In this document: piece after piece, positions 8,415 to 18,021 of the stretch
How the letters are laid out: each line of letters begins with the position of its first letter
How positions within the stretch are numbered: position 1 is the first letter of the stretch
Assembly (NCBI GenBank): GCA_034004025.1
Contig: JAVEXM010000002.1
Location: 38,083-102,082, forward strand
Direction of reading: 5' to 3'
DNA: 64,000 nt
From: Bacteroidales bacterium
GTDB lineage: Bacteria > Bacteroidota > Bacteroidia > Bacteroidales > VadinHA17
Made by a program: the position numbers and the translations under genes
Notes under the pieces: model-generated
Databases searched by the model: none
Seen by the model: the letters and a program-made list of their open reading frames with translations, nothing else
Told to the model about the DNA's origin: nothing

Positions 8415-11400
8415 TCAGAACCTGAAGTAGATGAAGGGTTGGACGACATCCGTGCCCACCTTGTAAAGCAGCACTGCAACCACAGCCGCGATCAGGAACT
8501 TGAATACCAGAGGCATCCTGATGAACAGTCCCCGGTAAGCCTCCTTGACGGTCACAGGAAGGAAGTGCATGATATACCCGGAGACAATAAGCACAACCAC
8601 CGGCAGGTATGCCATGAGCACCGTCGCGTAATTTCCCGGGGTGAACGACGAGAAGATCTGTGTCAGCATCACTCCTGCATCATCCATCGTGCCGGCCCTG
8701 AAGAATATCCAGGCAAAGCTGACGAAGTTGAAGGTAAGGAAGATACCCGTTATCTGTGCCACGCGGCTCTTACCCGCAGAGCGGCTGAAGATGCGCATGC
8801 GTATCTTGTCAGCTACCAGCGCTATGCCATGCAGGCCTCCCCAGACCACGAATCGCATGGCCGCACCGTGCCAGAGGCCACCGAGGAGCATGGTGATCAT
8901 CAGGTTGATACCCGTGCGGATGGTACCTTTCCTGTTACCTCCCAGGGGAATGTAGAGGTAATCTTTCAGCCATCTCGACAGCGATATGTGCCATCGCTTC
9001 CAAAAGTCGGTGACACTGGCAGCCTTGTAGGGCGAATTGAAATTCAGCGGCAGCCGGAATCCCATAAGCATCGCCACACCGATCGCTATATCGGTATACC
9101 CCGAGAAGTCACAGTAGATCTGCAGACCGTAACCGTACACCGCCATCAGGTTTTCAAATCCCGAATAGAGCGCCGGCGCGTCAAAAACCCTGTCGACGAA
9201 CCCTGCAGAGATGAAATCCGAGATGAGCATCTTCTTTACAAGTCCCTGCAGTATCAGAAAAAGTCCGTAACCAAACTCATTGCGACTGATTGTATACTCG
9301 CCCTTCATCTGGGGGATGAACTCCGACGCCCTGACTATGGGTCCGGCCACCAGCTGGGGGAAGAAGGTGAGGTAGAATGAGAAATCGACTATATTCCTTT
9401 CCGGGCTCATACGACCCCGGTACACGTCGATACTGTAGCTGAGGGCCTGGAAGGTGAAGAATGAGATGCCCACCGGAAGTATGATTGTGTTGACATCAAA
9501 GGAGGTGCCGAAGAGAGTGTTCGACCACGAAGAAAAAATATCGCGGGCCACAAGCGATGTGTCGAACAGTGAGTTGATGCTTTCGGTGATAAAGCCGGCA
9601 TACTTGAAGTAGCTCAGGAAACCCAGGAGCAGTAATATATTGGTTATCAGCCAGAATCTCTTGCCGGCCTTTCTCCCGGCCCTGGCTGTCATGATGGCGG
9701 TGAACCAGGTCACGATTGTTGTCAGCAGCAGCAGTATGATGAAGAGTCCCCCCACCCGGTAATAGAAGTAAAGGCTCACCAGCAGGAGCCATGTGTGGCA
9801 CATAGCCCTCTTCCTGTGCATGAGTGCAAAGCCGGCCATGACCACCAGGAAGAAGATCCAGAAGCTGAAGGTGGTGAAAATGAATGTCTGTCGCGGGTTG
9901 TAGCTGAGCAGTGACCTGACGGCAGCGGACCAGTCTTTACCGGCGGACACCTCTGACGGGGGGGCATCCTCATCACTCTCTGCCACCGGGGCTCCATCAG
10001 CCTTGTCACCATTCTCTCCGGCAGAGTCGCCGGTCATGGTGGTGCCGGCTGCGGGGTCGCCGGCAGCAGATTCAGCGGCAACACGTCCGCCGGCTGCGGG
10101 GTCGCCGGCAGCAGATTCAGCGGCAACACGTCCGCCGGCTGCGGGGTCGCCGGCAACAGATTCAGCGGCAACATGTCCGCCGGCTGCAATTCCACCTCCG
10201 GCACGGGTGCCAGCACCGGCCTCAGCGCCGCCCCCGGCTTCGGTACCGGTAGCTGCCGGCACTTCACTCCTTGCAGTCAGCAGTTCGGAGTAGATTCTTG
10301 CGGCGATGGTGTCAGCACCTGCGTTGGAGAGGTGGGTGAGGTCACGTGATGCCAGCGGTGGTGCATGGTTTCGCCATTCGAGTATTGATCCGGGACCTCC
10401 CATCGATTCCCAGGCATCCCAGAAGATGGCCCCGCTGCGCGCTGCCGCCTTCTGCTGGGCATCCCTGATGGCCCTGATGTTGGAGAAGCGCCTGATGGTA
10501 TCATTGGTTCTCAGGGCCATGTCAGTGACACCGACGAGTATTACCGGCACCCCTCCCGAAGCCCTCTTCATGTACTCTATCTGCTTGACCAGCCCCTCCT
10601 CATAGTAGTGGTACTCACTCCTGACATTCCTGACCACATTGAGGCCGAACTGCATGAAGATGACATCAGGGGCAAGCCTGGCCACTGCCTTCCCGAATAT
10701 CTCATGGTCTGTCATAACAAACTCAAGCCCGGCGCTGCCGCGCACAGGCACATTGTCAATGATCACGCCGCTCTCGCTCTCGAGGCTGAGGGCATATATA
10801 TCAGGCGAGTTTCGACCCGTGAACTCAACCTCAATGTCAGAGACAGCAGGAAGAGGAACGGCATACTCCATCAGTCCGGCACCCATCTGCAGCATCGCAA
10901 AGTCGACCAGGGCGTTGCCTGACCTGATGCCCACCAGCACCGTGTCAAAATTGTTGCCGTAGAATATCCTCAGCTTCTCGTAGACGGCGACAGAGGGGTC
11001 TGCCCCGGGAACGGGAGTGATCCTCACGGTGGCAAAGGATCGTGAGGCAAGTGAGTCCTTCGGCGGGGTGAACCGGCAGACTGACAGCATCGGGCCAAGA
11101 CTGTTGTGAGGCAACGTGCCGTTACGGTAATCAAGGAGGGTATACCTCTTCCAGTTGGACGACGATTTGACAACAAACGAACGGGTATACATCACCGGCA
11201 TGACGGGAGAGATCAGTCCAGGCCCGGTACCTCTGCCCTCTTTGCGCAACTCGCTGCGCAACAGTGATGTTACACGGTCGCCCTCAAGCTGCGAGTCGCC
11301 GAAGAAGAGCACTCTCACCTGCCTGCCCGCGGCCAGCGAGTCCCTGATAAGGTTACCAGGCCATGGCGGCAAAAGGGAAGCACCGCCTTCAGGGTCTGCT

Positions 11401-11633
11401 TTAACAGCGGCAGATGACAGCTCCTGAATGGAAATGAGTGTATCAGCCACCGGCAGTTCTGCATCCTCCCCTTCTGCCCGAATGCTGTCCGTCAGGTCAT
11501 TGAGGATGGTATCATAAGGTGTTGAATGAAATAGATTATTGCCCTCCCTTTTCAGGTGAATGATCGACAGGCTCAGCAGAAAGAGCGTAACGACCAGCAA
11601 CAGCAGGAAGAGAAATATTCTGCCCGGGCGCAT
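8415..11633 (-). CDS. Fusion protein: N-terminal TM + SGNH/GDSL-like domain + repetitive linker + MBOAT O-acyltransferase (AlgI/DltB/PatA-like)
   Basis: FFGDSQLEG (SGNH block I) and RDLTHLS (block V Asp-x-x-His) lie in the N-terminal half. FWKRWHISLSRWLKDYLYIPLGGNR and GGLWHGA (MBOAT His) plus about 10 TM helices lie in the C-terminal half. Confidence 0.8.
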   Translation of the reverse strand: MRPGRIFLFLLLLVVTLFLLSLSIIHLKREGNNLFHSTPYDTILNDLTDSIRAEGEDAELPVADTLISIQELSSAAVKADPEGGASLLPPWPGNLIRDSLAAGRQVRVLFFGDSQLEGDRVTSLLRSELRKEGRGTGPGLISPVMPVMYTRSFVVKSSSNWKRYTLLDYRNGTLPHNSLGPMLSVCRFTPPKDSLASRSFATVRITPVPGADPSVAVYEKLRIFYGNNFDTVLVGIRSGNALVDFAMLQMGAGLMEYAVPLPAVSDIEVEFTGRNSPDIYALSLESESGVIIDNVPVRGSAGLEFVMTDHEIFGKAVARLAPDVIFMQFGLNVVRNVRSEYHYYEEGLVKQIEYMKRASGGVPVILVGVTDMALRTNDTIRRFSNIRAIRDAQQKAAARSGAIFWDAWESMGGPGSILEWRNHAPPLASRDLTHLSNAGADTIAARIYSELLTARSEVPAATGTEAGGGAEAGAGTRAGGGIAAGGHVAAESVAGDPAAGGRVAAESAAGDPAAGGRVAAESAAGDPAAGTTMTGDSAGENGDKADGAPVAESDEDAPPSEVSAGKDWSAAVRSLLSYNPRQTFIFTTFSFWIFFLVVMAGFALMHRKRAMCHTWLLLVSLYFYYRVGGLFIILLLLTTIVTWFTAIMTARAGRKAGKRFWLITNILLLLGFLSYFKYAGFITESINSLFDTSLVARDIFSSWSNTLFGTSFDVNTIILPVGISFFTFQALSYSIDVYRGRMSPERNIVDFSFYLTFFPQLVAGPIVRASEFIPQMKGEYTISRNEFGYGLFLILQGLVKKMLISDFISAGFVDRVFDAPALYSGFENLMAVYGYGLQIYCDFSGYTDIAIGVAMLMGFRLPLNFNSPYKAASVTDFWKRWHISLSRWLKDYLYIPLGGNRKGTIRTGINLMITMLLGGLWHGAAMRFVVWGGLHGIALVADKIRMRIFSRSAGKSRVAQITGIFLTFNFVSFAWIFFRAGTMDDAGVMLTQIFSSFTPGNYATVLMAYLPVVVLIVSGYIMHFLPVTVKEAYRGLFIRMPLVFKFLIAAVVAVLLYKVGTDVVQPFIYFRF
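10044..10188. repeat. 45-bp in-frame tandem repeat, about 3.2 copies, inside the SGNH-MBOAT linker
   Basis: Units at 10044-10088 and 10089-10133 are identical. Unit 10134-10178 has 2 mismatches, followed by a partial fourth copy. It encodes (AAGGRVAAESAAGDP)n on the minus strand. Confidence 0.95.
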
Positions 11634-11644
11634 AACTTTTCTTG

Positions 11645-13189
11645 TCAGCTTTTTTTCCTGATCCTCAGCTTCTGACCAACCTTTATCCGTGAAGCGTCGG
11701 AGAGGTTATTCAGACTCATTATATCATTGGCGGATACCCCGCTGTATTTTTTTGCAATATCCCAGACAGTATCGCCGTACCTTACAGTATAAACCTCATA
11801 CTCTCCGTTTGCTGCCTCAGGCACAGCTGTTGCCGCCGGAGCCGCTGAGACGCTCTTGCCCTCAATCCTCTGTTTCTCGGCGAAACTCATCGAGTTAACT
11901 TTGCTGTACCGCTCTGCCTTGCCCGGATCGACGTAGACAGCAAGCTTCTGCCCTATCCTGATGGTGTTGCGGTAGATGTTGTTCCAGTATCTCAGCTCTG
12001 ACAGACCCACGTCGTACCACTCAGAGATAAATCCCAGGTTGTCGCCCTCCTTGACCACATAGGTGAGCTTGGTTTTGCCCTTTACATCCGGCGGTATGTA
12101 GACCGACTGCTGAGGTGTTGAGGTCTGGTTCACCCGTGTGAGGTACTGCTCCTTCCTGTAACCGGTGATAGTGTCGGTCAGGGAGATGAACTCACCAAGC
12201 CTGTCCACAGGAAGCATAATGGGATAAGGTTTGCTCTTGCCCGGGACGAGTCCTGTCCGGTACTGAGGATTCATGGCCCTGAGCTCTCCCACCGGCAGGT
12301 CGAGCACAGCAGCTATCTGCTCAAGATGGACATCGTGCGATACCATCACGGTGTCGACTGACAGAGGCATATTTATCTGCACCGGGGTGATGTTGTGGTC
12401 ACTGTAATAATTCATCGCATAGGTGGCAGCCACATATGCCGGTATATATCCGCGGGTCTCACGGGGGAGGCGGTAATATATCTCCCAGTAATCCTTCCTG
12501 TTGCCCGACCGCCTTATGGCTTTGTTCACATTACCCGGACCACAGTTGTAGGCGGCGATGACGAGTATCCAGTCGTTGTATATGCCATAGAGGTCTTTCA
12601 GATACCTGGCGGCGGCATGTGTTGCCTTTACCGGATCACGCCGCTCATCAACGACAGAGTTGATTGTCAGCCCGTACATGCGTCCCGTGCTGTACATGAA
12701 CTGCCACAGTCCCGTGGCGCCTGCACGGCTCACGGCATTGGGATTGAGGGCAGACTCTATGACGGCCATATATTTCAGTTCCACAGGAAGGCCGTAAGAG
12801 TCAAAGATATCCTCTATCATCGGGAAATAGTAATCCTGCAGGCCGAGCATCACCTGGAACCTGTCAAGCTTGCGTCCGGTATAGACATGTATATGGTTCC
12901 TGATGATATTGTTATAGGGAAGGGTAATGACGGAGTTGATCCTGCCGAGACGGTCAATATAGATTGAATCACTGAATTCCGTAATTGAGGAGTCTGGCGG
13001 GGCGATGGCACTCCCGGCGCCAGACATGCGGATAAACCAGTTACTCAGGAGACTGTCGAGGTCACGTTCAATCTGTTCTGTGGAGCCGTCGCCCCGTATT
13101 ATTATGGTGTCATTAACTCCAAAAGCGGAGAGCGGGAGAAGGGTAAGAAGCAGTGCTGATATTATAGTTCTGATATTCATCTTTATCAT
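11645..13189 (-). CDS. Lytic murein transglycosylase with LysM domains (MltD-like)
   Basis: Signal peptide, SLT catalytic region (VIESALNPNAVSRAGATGLWQFM) and C-terminal LysM repeats (YVVKEGDNLGFIS..., YTVRYGDTVWDIAKKY...). Confidence 0.85.
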   Translation of the reverse strand: MIKMNIRTIISALLLTLLPLSAFGVNDTIIIRGDGSTEQIERDLDSLLSNWFIRMSGAGSAIAPPDSSITEFSDSIYIDRLGRINSVITLPYNNIIRNHIHVYTGRKLDRFQVMLGLQDYYFPMIEDIFDSYGLPVELKYMAVIESALNPNAVSRAGATGLWQFMYSTGRMYGLTINSVVDERRDPVKATHAAARYLKDLYGIYNDWILVIAAYNCGPGNVNKAIRRSGNRKDYWEIYYRLPRETRGYIPAYVAATYAMNYYSDHNITPVQINMPLSVDTVMVSHDVHLEQIAAVLDLPVGELRAMNPQYRTGLVPGKSKPYPIMLPVDRLGEFISLTDTITGYRKEQYLTRVNQTSTPQQSVYIPPDVKGKTKLTYVVKEGDNLGFISEWYDVGLSELRYWNNIYRNTIRIGQKLAVYVDPGKAERYSKVNSMSFAEKQRIEGKSVSAAPAATAVPEAANGEYEVYTVRYGDTVWDIAKKYSGVSANDIMSLNNLSDASRIKVGQKLRIRKKS

Positions 13190-13192
13190 TGT

Positions 13193-13816
13193 TTAAAAGG
13201 TCTTTGTAAATGCAAGAGTCACTCCCGGAGCTAACCCTGCAAAGGTTGAGGCCGCCGGGATTATTGTGGCATTAAGGTCGTCACTGACATCATAATCGAA
13301 AAGGCTTGCGTCAACATGTGCATCGATGATAGTGACCAGATACCAGGCCACGATGCCTATGTATGACAGGTCTCGGTATTTGCGGTAATAATCGACTCCG
13401 TTAAGCAGCTGGGTTTTGACCCACGCTTCAGTGGAGGCATTGTAGGTTTCCGGGTGTAGCACCGGATCATACTCGGCAGGGTCAAGTGCTGAGAGCACCC
13501 CGATGTAACTGTCGGTCTCGGGAATAATGTCAGTGAAATCCTGGTATGCACTGATGAGCTTGTTGTAGTTTCCGGTGTTTAAGGTCACGGCATATCCCAG
13601 TGCCCCGAAGCCGGCATATACTATTGGCACCTTCCAGTATTTGCGGTTGTATATCTGTCCCAGTCCCGGCAAAGCTGCTGCATACATGGTTGATCTCACA
13701 GGTTCTATGAGATACTTCTTCTCCTTTCTGACAGTCACAGTGTCCTGCGCCCCTGCACTGCAGGTGGCAACAGATAGGAAAAGAAAAAGGAGTGCTATTT
13801 TGCCGAACAGTTCCAA
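13193..13816 (-). CDS. DUF5683-type membrane protein
   Basis: Signal peptide plus an AALPGLGQIYNRKYWKVPIVYAGFG motif, as I remember for DUF5683. Its position between parB and the transglycosylase is typical of Bacteroidota. Confidence 0.6.
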   Translation of the reverse strand: MELFGKIALLFLFLSVATCSAGAQDTVTVRKEKKYLIEPVRSTMYAAALPGLGQIYNRKYWKVPIVYAGFGALGYAVTLNTGNYNKLISAYQDFTDIIPETDSYIGVLSALDPAEYDPVLHPETYNASTEAWVKTQLLNGVDYYRKYRDLSYIGIVAWYLVTIIDAHVDASLFDYDVSDDLNATIIPAASTFAGLAPGVTLAFTKTF

Positions 13817-13854
13817 GGGGCAAACCGTTTCTGTTTGCCGGCAAATATAACCAT

Positions 13855-14742
13855 TTACCTGTTAAGTTTATCGAGCATTGCGATTATGCGTTCCATCTCA
13901 TCGCTGTCGGAGAATGGGATGGTGATTTTGCCTCTTCCCTTCTCATTGATGCGGAACTGCACCTCTGTACCGAAGAGGCCACTAAGCTGTTTACCAAGCT
14001 CTTCGAACTCAGTGTTGAGTTTCTTCCTCTTCTCGGCTTTGGCCGGGTCCCTGGTGGCTGCGCTCTGGAACTGCCGCACCAGCTCTTCCGTCGCCCTGAC
14101 AGAGAGGTCTTCCCGTATGATGTGATAGTAGATGTCTATCTGTTTTGCGGGGTCTTCTATATTGACGAGTGTCCTGGCGTGTCCCATCGAGAGATTGCCG
14201 TTGCGTATTCCCAGCTGTATCTCTGCCGGCAGGCGTAGCAGCCGCAGGTAGTTGGAGACCGTTGAACGCTGTTTGCCCACCCTGTCGCTGAGCTGTTCCT
14301 GTGTCAGGCTGCACTCCTCTATCAGCCTCTGGTAGGTTATGGCTACCTCGACGGCGTCGAGGTCCTCCCGCTGAATGTTCTCCACCAGGGCCATCTCCAG
14401 CATGGCAGTATCATCAGCCGTACGCACATAGGCCGGCACGTGTGTCAGCCCGGCCATGCGGGCAGCGCGCAGTCTTCTCTCGCCGGCGATGAGCTGGTAA
14501 CGGCCGTCACCGGTCTCCCTGACAGTCAGGGGCACTACTATCCCCACCTGCCGTATTGAAGCTGCCAGCTCCTCGAGTGTCTGGCTGTCAAAGCGGGTTC
14601 GCGGCTGAAAGGGGTTGCCGTCTATGGAGTTGATGTCTATCTGCAGGTTGGCCTCCACCTTCTTCTCAAGTGCCTCTTTTTCAACGCCGTCGATGAGGGC
14701 GCCGAGACCTCTGCCCAACGGGCTCTTCCTGGCTGTATTCAT
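13855..14742 (-). CDS. parB: Chromosome partitioning protein ParB
   Basis: GLGRGLGALI N-terminus, the ParB box (VVPLTVRE...YQLIAGERRLRAA) and VENIQREDL. Confidence 0.95.
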   Translation of the reverse strand: MNTARKSPLGRGLGALIDGVEKEALEKKVEANLQIDINSIDGNPFQPRTRFDSQTLEELAASIRQVGIVVPLTVRETGDGRYQLIAGERRLRAARMAGLTHVPAYVRTADDTAMLEMALVENIQREDLDAVEVAITYQRLIEECSLTQEQLSDRVGKQRSTVSNYLRLLRLPAEIQLGIRNGNLSMGHARTLVNIEDPAKQIDIYYHIIREDLSVRATEELVRQFQSAATRDPAKAEKRKKLNTEFEELGKQLSGLFGTEVQFRINEKGRGKITIPFSDSDEMERIIAMLDKLNR

Positions 14743-14762
14743 AATGCTGCTAAAACGGTTTT

Positions 14763-15545
14763 TTACTGGTTCTTCTGCCTGGCCTCCACACGCTCAAGCA
14801 GCTCGCGGGCCAGACTGAGGTAATTCACGGTACCTCTCGATTCTGCATCGTAGAGTATGGCGGGCTGCCCGTAGCTGGGAGCCTCGGAGAGCTTTACATT
14901 GCGCTGGATGATAGTATTGAAGACCATCTGCTGAAAATGACGCGTCACCTCTTCAACAACCTGGTTGGCAAGGCGCAGGCGCGAGTCGTACATGGTCAGC
15001 AGAAAACCCTCGATCTCAAGGTCAGGATTGAGGTTCGTCTGGATGATCTTGATGGTGTTGAGCAGCTTGCCCAGACCCTCAAGGGCAAAATACTCGCACT
15101 GCACCGGGATGATGACCGAATTGGCGGCGGTGAGGGCATTCACGGTGAGCAGGCCCAGCGACGGTGAACAGTCGATCAGAACGTAATCATAATCGTCAGC
15201 GACACCCGCCAGTACCTTCCTGAGCGTCTTCTCCCTCTCGGGCCTCTCGAGCATCTCTATCTCTGCACCCACCAGGTCAATGTTCGAGGGGATGACAGAG
15301 AGGTTGTCAATGGAGCAGGGCATTACGGCCCCTCGCGGGCTGACACCGTCAATGAGACAGTCATATATGGTAGTCTTAACCTGCTTGATATCGATACCGA
15401 CACCTGAAGTGGCATTAGCCTGGGGGTCGGCATCAACGATCAGCACCTTCTTCTCAAGGGCTGCCAGGCTGGCGGCAAGATTGATCGCCGTGGTTGTTTT
15501 TCCTACCCCTCCCTTCTGATTGGCAAGCGCTATAATCCTTGACAT
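14763..15545 (-). CDS. parA: Chromosome partitioning ATPase ParA/Soj
   Basis: Deviant Walker A NQKGGVGKTTT with typical length, adjacent to parB. Confidence 0.95.
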   Translation of the reverse strand: MSRIIALANQKGGVGKTTTAINLAASLAALEKKVLIVDADPQANATSGVGIDIKQVKTTIYDCLIDGVSPRGAVMPCSIDNLSVIPSNIDLVGAEIEMLERPEREKTLRKVLAGVADDYDYVLIDCSPSLGLLTVNALTAANSVIIPVQCEYFALEGLGKLLNTIKIIQTNLNPDLEIEGFLLTMYDSRLRLANQVVEEVTRHFQQMVFNTIIQRNVKLSEAPSYGQPAILYDAESRGTVNYLSLARELLERVEARQKNQ

Positions 15546-15581
15546 ATGATCCCTTTCTTCCTTAAATTAATGAGCCTCAAA

Positions 15582-15631
15582 TTTACAATTATTGGCCCGC
15601 CGGGAACCCCGGGCAAGTTTGTAATTGTAAA
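15582..15631 (-). terminator. Long imperfect hairpin between the glutaminyl cyclase stop and the parA promoter
   Basis: TTTACAATTA (15582-15591) pairs with TAATTGTAAA (15622-15631), with an inner CCGGG/CCCGG stem. It overlaps a minus-strand TAAATTTG -7 box (15578-15585). Confidence 0.45.
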
Positions 15632-15686
15632 CATTTTCTGCGTGATTATTAACACGTTTTTAACAGCGCCGGGAGCATGTGGAGGA

Positions 15687-16805
15687 TCACCTTTTCTGGG
15701 CAGCGACTGTTATCTCGAAGAGCCTCGGCCAGTATTTGCCAGTGACGAAGATGCGCCTGTTCTCTGCATCCCATGCTATTCCGTTGAGGACATCGGTCTC
15801 ACGTGTCTGTTCCTCACGCGGCAGGATATTGCCCAGCTCAACATAGCCGATCACCTTCCCTGACAGGGGGTCAATGCGTGCAATACGGTCTGTCTGCCAT
15901 ATATTTGCCCATAATTCACCGTCGATCAGCTCCATCTCGTTGAGGTTGTCGACCATCCCTTTGTTATCCCAGACATCAACCGATGACAGCACGTTGAAGT
16001 CAGGGTCGAGGAACCATATCACATTCGTGCCGTCGCTCATGGCGAGTGAATCTCCAATGGTGGCCAGTCCCCATCCCTGGGTCTGGTAATATATCCTGCT
16101 GATCTGTCTGAGGGTCGATTTCTCATATACGAACCCCACCTTGGTAGTCCAGGTGAGCTGGTATATCCGGTCGCCGAGCATGGCCAGCCCCTCGCCGAAG
16201 AGAGAGCCGTCGAGGTTCACCTGACTCACCACCTTGCCTGTCTCTGCCTCTACCTTTCTGAGTGACGACTCTCCCAGCTGGCCGGTGCTCTCATAAAAGA
16301 AGCCGTTGTCATAAACCAGTCCCTGGGTGTAGGCACGACTGTCATGCGGGTAGCTTTTGACAACACGGTAGCGCCAGGTCACAGGCACTATGTCGGAGAG
16401 CATGGTGACAAAGAGCGTCACTGTCTGCTGTTTTGCGGACGGTGAGAAGGCCACGGCCCTCAGTGACACCCTGCCGGGAGACCCGTCTCCTTCCAGCTCA
16501 AGGGTTGCAGGCAGAGCTGTCAGTGTGGCTCTGCGTATGCCGTCAACCCACACCTGTACTGAGTCAATATTGCTCTGTCCCGCTGCGCGGGTCACCGAGA
16601 ATATTATCTTCTCATTGCAGGCGATGGTAGAGTTGTCAGCCGGCGCCAGCACCTCAATGAGTCTCCTGGCAGGCATGGCATCAGGCAGGCTGTCACTCTT
16701 CACGGCTGCCGGCTCTTTCGACTTTCCCGCCGAGCCCGAGCATGATATCACCGATACCAGTATGAGAAGAAAAAGAAAAGCATTCAGGGTATCTCTTTTC
16801 ATCAC
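15687..16805 (-). CDS. Glutaminyl-peptide cyclotransferase (beta-propeller type) lipoprotein with N-terminal extension
   Basis: YPHDSRAYTQGLVYDNGFFYESTGQLGESSLRKVEAETGKV matches bacterial/plant-type glutamine cyclotransferase as I remember it. Lipobox VISCSG. Confidence 0.8.
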   Translation of the reverse strand: MMKRDTLNAFLFLLILVSVISCSGSAGKSKEPAAVKSDSLPDAMPARRLIEVLAPADNSTIACNEKIIFSVTRAAGQSNIDSVQVWVDGIRRATLTALPATLELEGDGSPGRVSLRAVAFSPSAKQQTVTLFVTMLSDIVPVTWRYRVVKSYPHDSRAYTQGLVYDNGFFYESTGQLGESSLRKVEAETGKVVSQVNLDGSLFGEGLAMLGDRIYQLTWTTKVGFVYEKSTLRQISRIYYQTQGWGLATIGDSLAMSDGTNVIWFLDPDFNVLSSVDVWDNKGMVDNLNEMELIDGELWANIWQTDRIARIDPLSGKVIGYVELGNILPREEQTRETDVLNGIAWDAENRRIFVTGKYWPRLFEITVAAQKR

Positions 16806-16812
16806 CTTGACT

Positions 16813-17235
16813 CTATTTTTTTCCGAACAGGCTGAAGCGCCTGGTTTTGATAGCCCGCATGGCCTCCTCCTCCCTCTCTGTCCAGGGATCGATCATATTG
16901 AGCACCTCTCCCCATCCCGGGAAGCCGCCGGCATTCTTGTCATCGATGAAGATATCGACGTTGATCTTGCGAGGGGTATCAGCCGTCCATACCTCTTCAG
17001 GATAATTCTTGTTTACGGCATAGAACTCAATGCCGTTCTGACGGCAGTAGTCAACGGCCTCCTCCAGCTCTCTGCCGGTGCGGAAGGTCCACATTATGAG
17101 CAGCGCTCCTCTCTTCTGCAACTCCTTCAGGGTGATGAATGCAAAGAGCTTCTCCTTACCGATGGCGGGATACTCATGGTCGACGATGGTGCCGTCAAAA
17201 TCGACTGCAATTTTAATATTTGTCAGATCTCTCAT
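16813..17235 (-). CDS. Small capless HAD-like phosphatase family protein
   Basis: Motif I VDFDGTIV and motif IV DIFIDD. 140 aa. Function unknown. Confidence 0.5.
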   Translation of the reverse strand: MRDLTNIKIAVDFDGTIVDHEYPAIGKEKLFAFITLKELQKRGALLIMWTFRTGRELEEAVDYCRQNGIEFYAVNKNYPEEVWTADTPRKINVDIFIDDKNAGGFPGWGEVLNMIDPWTEREEEAMRAIKTRRFSLFGKK

Positions 17236-17307
17236 AATCCGTCAACAAAAATAATCAAATAATAGTTGCCCGGAATATTGTAATTTAGCAGTGCGTCAAT
17301 AAGTATC

Positions 17308-18021
17308 ATGATAAAACAGATTCCCAACACTCTGACACTGCTCAACCTCCTTGCCGGCTTTGCCGCAACAATCTGTTCCATAAAGGGTTATACTGAGTAC
17401 GCGGCATTCTGCATCATGGCCGGCATGCTGCTCGATTTTTCCGACGGATTTGCGGCCAGGCTGCTTAACGCCCATTCACCTATAGGAAAGGACCTCGACA
17501 GCCTGGCTGATGTGGTCACCTTTGGCATTGCTCCGGGGGCTATTCTTTTCAGCATGCTTGTCACTGCCGGCATGGCTACTCTGCCGGCCTTTGCAGTTGC
17601 CGCGCTTATACCTGCAGCGTCGGCGCTGCGGCTGGCAATATTCAACAATGACACCACCCAGTCAAGTTCCTTCAGGGGAATGGCCACCCCGGCAAGCGCC
17701 TTCACCGTCATAGCCTTCGTGCTGGCTGCGGCATACAGTGACAGCAGCATATACGACACGCTGACGACGTCACCCTGGTTTCTCTCTCTCCTCTCCCTCA
17801 CCCTTGCGGTGATGATGCTAATAAAGACGAGGATGTTTTCACTGAAGGTCACCGGCATGGGGTGGAAAGGCAATGAGGAGCGTTACATCTTTGCCGCTGT
17901 CGTCATTCTGCTTCTGCTTCTTCTCAGGGTGGATGCGCTGCCGCTGATCATGGCCGTCTACCTTGCCATCTCATTCATCTCCGCCCTGATCCGCAGGAGG
18001 ACAGTCGCCCCCCCGGCGTAA
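17308..18021 (+). CDS. pssA: CDP-diacylglycerol--serine O-phosphatidyltransferase
   Basis: CDP-alcohol phosphatidyltransferase motif DGFAARLLNAHSPIGKDLDSLADVV in a multi-TM protein. Confidence 0.85.
   Translation: MIKQIPNTLTLLNLLAGFAATICSIKGYTEYAAFCIMAGMLLDFSDGFAARLLNAHSPIGKDLDSLADVVTFGIAPGAILFSMLVTAGMATLPAFAVAALIPAASALRLAIFNNDTTQSSSFRGMATPASAFTVIAFVLAAAYSDSSIYDTLTTSPWFLSLLSLTLAVMMLIKTRMFSLKVTGMGWKGNEERYIFAAVVILLLLLLRVDALPLIMAVYLAISFISALIRRRTVAPPA

Noticed and set aside
8439-10293. Plus-strand ORFs (313 aa, 104 aa, and 96 aa with PAAGSPAADSAATRP repeats) opposite the SGNH-MBOAT gene
   Set aside because: They are shadow ORFs of a gene with clear SGNH and MBOAT motifs. The repeat-containing one is simply the antisense reading of the 45-bp tandem repeat.
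13817-15686. Search for a canonical parS site (TGTTTCACGTGAAACA) near parAB
   Set aside because: I found no match or close variant in or around parAB. The only palindrome here (TTTGCCGGCAAA, 13834-13845) does not resemble parS and overlaps a -7 promoter box. Absence in this window is not informative.
17971-18021. Convergent 3'-end overlaps (pssA with the DAHP synthase gene by 51 nt; birA with the hypothetical gene at 30344-30369 by 26 nt) as regulatory antisense features
   Set aside because: These are consistent with the generally extreme gene packing of this genome. The overlapping tails are low-complexity extensions, and nothing indicates function.
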